Assembly (NCBI GenBank): GCA_037441475.1
Contig: JBBISB010000001.1
Location: forward strand, 336,418 to 368,417
DNA length: 32,000 bases
Source: Candidatus Iainarchaeum sp.
GTDB lineage: Archaea; Iainarchaeota; Iainarchaeia; Iainarchaeales; CSSED10-239
Direction: 5' to 3'
Each line of letters starts with the position of its first letter. The stretch's first letter is position 1. A program made the position numbers and the translations under genes. Below are positions 26,332-32,000 of this stretch, piece by piece. The notes beneath the pieces were generated by a model. The model was given only the letters and a program-made list of their open reading frames with translations. It had not been told where the DNA came from and ran no database searches.

Positions 26332-26535
26332 TTACTTAGTAATTTTTACAAAATAATAAATATCTTTTCCGATACTTGAAAAATCAACCTTAACATTATT
26401 TACAGCCATTTTATCTAAAAAATCCTTATATGAAATACCAGCAATGTCTGCTACCTCTGATAAAGAAATACTTCTTATTTGATATGCTTTAAAAACTAAC
26501 TTTAGATTTTTAGAGAATTTATTATTTATATCCAT
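26332..26535 (-). CDS. UPF0175-like small HTH protein (antitoxin-like), probable
   Basis: 67 aa. 'AYQIRSISLSEVADIAGISYKDFLDKMAVNNV' follows the UPF0175 pattern (LY....ISLG.AAE.AG.S...F...L....I). No PIN or DUF3368 partner is adjacent. Confidence 0.45.
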   Translation of the reverse strand: MDINNKFSKNLKLVFKAYQIRSISLSEVADIAGISYKDFLDKMAVNNVKVDFSSIGKDIYYFVKITK

Positions 26536-26645
26536 AAATATATTATTTATAATAATCTTTTTAAAAGTGAGTAATTAATAAAAAGAAGTATTATATTATC
26601 TTCTCTATAATAGTATATAGAAAGAAATAATAAAAAAAGAAAAAC

Positions 26646-28538
26646 ATGTATTCAAAAGAAGAAATTACAAAGAAGATACTTGACATTAACAAATACGAAA
26701 AACTAAACCCTATGCAAAACTTAGCAAAAGAACATATAGGGACAAACACACTTATCACAACACCAACAGCTTCTGGAAAAACAACAGTCTTTGAAATGTA
26801 CATGCTTGACTGTTTATTAAACAAGAAAAAAAAAGCAATTTACATCTCTCCCTTAAAAGCATTAACAACAGAACATTATTTAGAAACTAAAAGAAAGTTT
26901 TCAAAAGAATTTAACCTAAAAATAGGACTTTCAACTGGAGACCTGGATTCAAGTAACAAATATCTTGAAAGTTATGATGTTTTATTTTTAACATATGAAA
27001 AATTTGATTCAATTCTAAGACATAAACCTTCATGGTTAAAAAATATTGGACTTTTAACAATTGATGAAATTCATGAGCTTGGATCAAATAGAGGTTCAAC
27101 CTTAGAAGTTATAATTACACAACTAAAACATAGCTATAGAGAAATTACTCTTCTAGGGTTATCTGCAACCATTAAAAACTCAAAAGAAATATCTGATTGG
27201 CTTTCTGCAAAACTAGTTTTAAGTAACTACCGACCAGTTCCTCTTGAAACTGGAGTTTTTTATAATGATTCTATTTACTTTGAAGATAGAAAAGAAGACT
27301 TAACTTCTCTTACTGTTAAAAACATTAATTTAGGATCAATCATTAAAGACACTTTAAAGAAAGAAAAACAAGCAATTGTTTTTTGTGCATCTAGAAAAAA
27401 TGCAATGTCGTTTGCAAAAAAATATGGAAAAATAATCTCTGGAAGTTTAAAAGATGAAGAATACCAAAAACTTAGAAAAGCCTCTCAAGAGGTTTTAGAA
27501 GCTTTAGAACACCCAACAAAACAATGTGAAAAACTTTCTCTTTCTCTTTTAATGGGTTCAGCATTTCATCATGCAGGACTGGTCTATAAACAAAGAGAAG
27601 TGGTTGAAGAAAATTTTAAGAAAGGAAACATCAAAGTTATTTTTGCAACACCAACTCTTGCAGCTGGAATTAACCTACCAGCCTTTAGGGTGATTATAAA
27701 CAGTGTTTTTAGATTTTCAGAAGGATCAATGGTTCCAATACCAGTTAATGAATTTCAACAAATGGCAGGAAGAGCAGGAAGACCAAGGTATGATAAAAAA
27801 GGAGAGGCAATCTGTGTGGTTAACAAAGAAGGAGATATACCTAAGATATATAACACATATATAATATCTGGACCTTCAAACATAGACTCACAACTATCTA
27901 AAATAAACATCCTAAGAGGACATCTTTTATCAATGATTCTCATAAACAACCTTAGGTCTTTAGAAGAAGTAATCTCTTATATTTCTAAAACATTTTATTA
28001 TTTTGTTTATGGAAACACAAGTGAGATTAGAAAAAACATACAAGAGATTATTTCTGAGTTTATTGGGTATGGTTTTTTAGAAAAGAAAGAAACTGGTTTT
28101 GAGATTACCTCTTTAGGTAAGAAAGTGTGTTATCTTTATATTGATCCTCTTTCAGCAAACAACATCTTAAAAGATTTAGACTTAAAGAAAGAGAAAGATA
28201 CTAAGGTTTATGAAAAAATATTTACAGTTGTTAATACCTCTGAAATGGCGCCTTATCTTGTATACAAGCAAGAGAAAGAAAATGATTTGTTTGTTTTTTT
28301 TGAAGAGATTAGAAAGAACATTTATTTTGAATATGAGGATATTTATCTTTTACAAAAACTATATATGACAAAAATTATTCATGAGTGGATTGAAGAAAGA
28401 GAAGAAAATTCTTTACTTGAAGAATATAACACAACACCTGGACAGATTAGAGATATTATTTCAAGAGCAAAATGGATATGCCACTCTACAGATACCATCT
28501 TTTGCAACAATACCAACTGTTGTTGTGCCTGTCTTTAA
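26646..28538 (+). CDS. Ski2/Hel308-like superfamily 2 helicase, 3'-truncated at the repeat junction
   Basis: Motif I 'TPTASGKTTVFE', motif II 'DEIHELG', motif III 'SAT', then 'FHHAGL', 'ATPTLAAGINLPA' and motif VI 'QMAGRAGRP'. Native sequence ends at codon 615 (28490). The last 15 codons (DTIFCNNTNCCCACL) are antisense to the psmB 5' end. Confidence 0.8.
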   Translation: MYSKEEITKKILDINKYEKLNPMQNLAKEHIGTNTLITTPTASGKTTVFEMYMLDCLLNKKKKAIYISPLKALTTEHYLETKRKFSKEFNLKIGLSTGDLDSSNKYLESYDVLFLTYEKFDSILRHKPSWLKNIGLLTIDEIHELGSNRGSTLEVIITQLKHSYREITLLGLSATIKNSKEISDWLSAKLVLSNYRPVPLETGVFYNDSIYFEDRKEDLTSLTVKNINLGSIIKDTLKKEKQAIVFCASRKNAMSFAKKYGKIISGSLKDEEYQKLRKASQEVLEALEHPTKQCEKLSLSLLMGSAFHHAGLVYKQREVVEENFKKGNIKVIFATPTLAAGINLPAFRVIINSVFRFSEGSMVPIPVNEFQQMAGRAGRPRYDKKGEAICVVNKEGDIPKIYNTYIISGPSNIDSQLSKINILRGHLLSMILINNLRSLEEVISYISKTFYYFVYGNTSEIRKNIQEIISEFIGYGFLEKKETGFEITSLGKKVCYLYIDPLSANNILKDLDLKKEKDTKVYEKIFTVVNTSEMAPYLVYKQEKENDLFVFFEEIRKNIYFEYEDIYLLQKLYMTKIIHEWIEEREENSLLEEYNTTPGQIRDIISRAKWICHSTDTIFCNNTNCCCACL

Positions 28539-28553
28539 TGTTTTATCTGTCAA
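28491..28553 (-). pseudogene. duplicated 5' fragment of psmB (codons 1-21) with its upstream region
   Basis: Identical to 22140-22202 (MTDKTLKTGTTTVGIVAKDGI). Past the junction the frame continues as CRVAYPFCS* through sequence antisense to the helicase. Confidence 0.8.
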
Positions 28554-28623
28554 AATTATTCACCTTTCTTATTACTTAATTTTTGAACGAAATTAACGTT
28601 TTCAAAACTTGTAGAATCAAAAA

Positions 28624-29265
28624 CTAACTTTGCAAAAACAATTGTTTAAAATAATCTATTTCTTGAGGAACTCCAAAAGGAAGTTCTACTGAAACATCTT
28701 TTTCTTTAGAGCTTAACTTTAATTGTCCAGCAGGCATAAAGTAAAAAGACTTTTCTAAAAGAAGAGGTAATTTGTCTTCATCCTTTGAAATAACTTTATT
28801 AATTGTTATTGTGTATTCTAAATCTCTTCCAGCATAGATAGGGTTAAAGTCAACCTTTACTCTTCCACCAGAAATTGAAATTATCTTACCTGATTTGTTG
28901 CCTATGTTTACAAATAAACCAACTTCAGGTCTTACATTTTCTTTTTTAAATTCATTTAAAGAAACAAGTTCTACTTTATTTGAATCTCTATCTTTGAAAG
29001 CTTGTTCTTTTTTTAAGAGGAAAGTTTTTGTTTTTCCTATATCTAAATCAGAGATATTATCTTCAATACCTTTTAATAATTCGCCAGTTCCGAAAAGATA
29101 GTTTAAAGGTTTATATTCATTCTTTAAGTTTAAGTTATTTTCTTTTGCCACTTCTTTTTTAGTTGTGTCAAGTATTTCTTTTGTGTTTGCGTCTTTTAAA
29201 ATAAGATCAATTTCTACAATGTCTTTTGTTTTTATCATATTAATAAACCTCTTTTGTGTAATCAT
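28624..29265 (-). CDS. FKBP-type peptidyl-prolyl isomerase, copy B
   Basis: 213-aa translation identical to 22273-22914. Confidence 0.75.
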   Translation of the reverse strand: MITQKRFINMIKTKDIVEIDLILKDANTKEILDTTKKEVAKENNLNLKNEYKPLNYLFGTGELLKGIEDNISDLDIGKTKTFLLKKEQAFKDRDSNKVELVSLNEFKKENVRPEVGLFVNIGNKSGKIISISGGRVKVDFNPIYAGRDLEYTITINKVISKDEDKLPLLLEKSFYFMPAGQLKLSSKEKDVSVELPFGVPQEIDYFKQLFLQS

Positions 29266-29468
29266 AGAATTAATGTTTTCATTTACCTATTTACAACTGT
29301 TTTATAAACTTTAAAGCAGTATCAAAAATAGGATTTTTATAAAAGTAGATGTTTTATATAATATATTAATGAACCGATTTGCTTAAAAAGATTTGTTTTT
29401 ATGTAGCTTTAAGGGGTAAGCACAAATTATTTATTAAATTTTAAAATATTAAAGAAATTATAAAAAAA

Positions 29469-29822
29469 TTACTCTAACAACCATTTCCAGACAGGAATTA
29501 CTTTATTATCTATATTAAACTCATCTTCTTGATAATAAGTTAATATGTACCCTATTTTTAATTTAAAAAAATCCATAGCGAAAACTAATCCTTTAATTTC
29601 CCTATCTTTATTATTATCATTTAACTCAAAACAAACTTGATAAGTTTCAAAAGATTTATCTTTAGCTATAAAATCACATTCAGAATTATCTTCATTAAAA
29701 TAAGTAATTTCTTTTCCTTTTCTAATCAATTCTAAAAAAACAATATTTTCAAGTAAATGTCCTTTATCTTGATATCTTTGGAAAGTTAATATATTTCTTA
29801 AACAAGATTGGCACAGAATATG
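29469..29822 (-). pseudogene. DUF4143-type ATPase 3' remnant, copy B
   Basis: Identical to 23118-23471. Confidence 0.55.
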
Positions 29823-29902
29823 CTAAAAAAATCTAATTTGTTGGCATTAACAGTTCCAATAAAACCAACAATATTTTTAATGTTAAATTAAACATAAATA
29901 TA

Positions 29903-30913
29903 TTATTTAATATTTAAAGTACTTAAGAGATTATAAGAGTTTGAATGCTTTGCATAATCTAAAAAAGAAAAAAGAGAAGCCCTGAAGTTAAGTATAGAAA
30001 TTTTATTTTGTTTTAGTAAATAATTATTTTTATTTTGCCTTTTTAGAAATCTTTTAACATTTGATTTTTTTAATCTTATGTTTGAAGGAAATACCTTATA
30101 ACCTAAAAAATCAACACCTTTGCTTACTAAGTTAATATAAATTTTATTCTTTGGAACATCTAATAATAGTTCTTTACTTAAAAATAATTTAATTTTTCTT
30201 CTAAAAACCTTTAAATCTTTTTTAGAGTTTGAAAATATTAAAAAATCATCAACATATCTATAATAAAGTTTAATTTTCAAAGTATGCTTAACATATTGAT
30301 CTAATTGATTTAGATAAATATTTGCAAACAACTGAGAAGTTAAATTACCTATAGGAATTCCTTTTTCAGTATTATTTACATTAAAAGAATAACTATCAAT
30401 TATTTGATATATTAGAGAAAGTAACCTTTCATCCTTAATTCTTTTTTTGATTATTCTTTTTAAAGTGGGTTTATGAACAGAAGGAAAGTATTTTTTAACA
30501 TCTTGGTTTAAATAATATTTTGGAGGATTAGTGGTTTGAATGACATTTTTAATTTCAAAAAGGCCTTTATGTGTGCCTTTTCCTTTTCTGCAAGCAAAGG
30601 AATTATTTATAAAAGTTTTATCAAAAATAGGTTCTATGATATTAATTATTGAATGTTGAACAACTACATCTCTAAAAGTTGGAGCACTAATAATTCTTTA
30701 TTTAGGTTCATAAACTTTAAAACTTCTGTAAGGAGAAAATTGAAAATTTTCTGAAATTAATTGATCTTGTAATAAAAATAGCTCCTTTTCTAAATTTGTT
30801 GTAAATTGCAAGACATATTTTTTATTAGGTGTTGATTTTTTTGCTTTTTTATAAGCATTAAAAAGATTTTTAAAAGAAGTAAACTCTTTCCAAAGGTTAT
30901 TGTATGATTTCAT
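29903..30913 (-). pseudogene. DGR-type reverse transcriptase with the same in-frame TAA (30698-30700), copy B
   Basis: Both tracked ORF pieces are identical to copy A and the stop is at the same position. Confidence 0.85.
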
Positions 30914-31177
30914 TTTTAAAAAAACTTATTTAAAGTTAAAAGTTATTACAGATTTCTTTTTACAGACTATAAAAATACTAAATGTAATAACTTATCTTTA
31001 TATTTGATTTTTTAACATAAAAACAATAAAGTTTTTATGGCATACATCATATGCAATCAGGAAACATTTTACAGATGTAGTTTTTTAAAATATTCGCTTT
31101 ATATGTTTTTTTAAAAAAAACAAAAATATAACATATAAACTCTGATAAAACCTTATTTCTTTAAAAATAAGGAGAAA

Positions 31178-32000
31178 CTACTGAACGCAGCGCAAGCCGA
31201 AGAAGTCGGTCCGGCTTGTAGGAATGTTGGTCAAGTTCAGGGACAAGACACCGGCACTAGAGTCATTGAGCCAGCGACCACCGCGCAAAAAAGCGTATAC
31301 AGTCTTACTTGTGTCATTTATATTACTATAAGTATAAAGCCTACCAACACCATTATTCGCATTATAACTATTACTTGTAAGTAAAAATAAATCTTTATAC
31401 TTTAAAGTAGTGTTACCTAAATTATCAGAATAAATATATTGGTTTCCTCCACCACCTTTTGAATAATCAAAAAAATTAAAGCCAGAAGTATAATTACTAT
31501 CATCAGAATTATTAAATCCATCAGGCTGGTCTTTTATTTGGATAGTATCACTAGTCCATTGCCAAACATTACCTGCTAAATCCCAAATTACCTCTCCATT
31601 AGTTAAAGTTAAAGTTCTTTTTGTAATTCCTGAAAGCTCGTCAAAACCGTCCATGGCCCTAGAGGATGATGAATTTCCTCTTGGAAGGTATCCTGAACCA
31701 ACTTCTCCACCAGACCAGTTGGAGGGAACTTGTTCAATATTTCTTACAATTGTCATCCATTCGTTATTAGTTATTAAATGACCACCGATAGCTTCACAAG
31801 CGGCTATTGCTTCGGTTTGGGTAATTCTTACTATTGGAGAGCCTTCTGGAGTGGACACTAAGGTTCCTGGTGTTGGACATAATTCATAATTATAAGTATT
31901 AGATGTTAAAGAACCAGTATTACAATTAGGATAATCAGCTACAAGATTTCCTTTGCCATCACCATTTACATCCATTTTCATCTGATATTTTGAAACACAA
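31178..32000 (-). CDS. DGR target protein, copy B (C-terminal 267 aa visible; 5' part beyond the window)
   Basis: The translation is identical to the C-terminal part of 24827-26194, including the candidate VR (31181-31297). Confidence 0.8.
   Translation of the reverse strand, partial: CVSKYQMKMDVNGDGKGNLVADYPNCNTGSLTSNTYNYELCPTPGTLVSTPEGSPIVRITQTEAIAACEAIGGHLITNNEWMTIVRNIEQVPSNWSGGEVGSGYLPRGNSSSSRAMDGFDELSGITKRTLTLTNGEVIWDLAGNVWQWTSDTIQIKDQPDGFNNSDDSNYTSGFNFFDYSKGGGGNQYIYSDNLGNTTLKYKDLFLLTSNSYNANNGVGRLYTYSNINDTSKTVYAFLRGGRWLNDSSAGVLSLNLTNIPTSRTDFFGLRCVQ

Larger units (their letters stand above)
28491..32000. repeat. direct repeat copy B (runs off the window end)
   Basis: Matches 22140-25649 at a constant offset of 6,351 nt with no difference seen. 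The right end is not visible. Confidence 0.9.

Noticed and set aside
22140-32000. Explaining the repeat as circular-contig wrap-around or as the ends of a small plasmid or virus.
   Set aside because: Copy A is continuous with chromosomal housekeeping genes, since psmB runs across its left boundary. The period is 6.35 kb within a longer sequence, and no replication, integrase or capsid genes are present. Misassembly of another kind cannot be excluded.

Overview
Strongly AT-rich archaeal chromosome segment. Archaea-specific markers include L21e, Rpo4/F, aCPSF1, proteasome beta, the class I CCA-adding enzyme, archaeal-type TrpRS and a class III (pilin-type) signal peptide. The compact genes, extreme AT bias and gene content suggest a small-genome DPANN-like archaeon, but that is inference only. 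Positions 1-22,200 are mostly housekeeping: the conserved L21e-Rpo4-DUF655-KsgA string, AMP phosphorylase, thioredoxin, UppP, a 948-aa HerA-like ATPase and TrpRS. This part also holds a tRNA-centred patch (three tRNA-Ser genes with a Trbp111-like tRNA-binding protein gene between them, then an ORF-free 358-nt gap, then cca) and the Fap7-like kinase/aCPSF1/psmB group. Positions 22,140-32,000 are the unusual part. They carry a diversity-generating retroelement (DGR). Its reverse transcriptase (RT) has one in-frame TAA. Its target is a pilin-signal protein ending in an FGE/C-type-lectin domain, and the last ~115 nt of that gene form a sharp GC-rich island, the candidate variable region (VR). I could find no template repeat (TR) and no Avd gene. 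This DGR sits inside a direct repeat with an exact 6,351-nt period in which I saw no mismatch (22140-25649 = 28491-32000, running off the window). The repeat junction truncates a Ski2/Hel308-like helicase and duplicates the promoter plus the first 21 codons of psmB. The two VR copies are identical. That points to a very recent tandem duplication of an inactive DGR or to an assembly artefact, and sequence alone cannot separate these. Signs of gene decay are an EamA frameshift, a DUF4143-ATPase remnant and a second ORF pair split by a single in-frame TAA. No CRISPR array, rRNA, transposase or integrase was seen.
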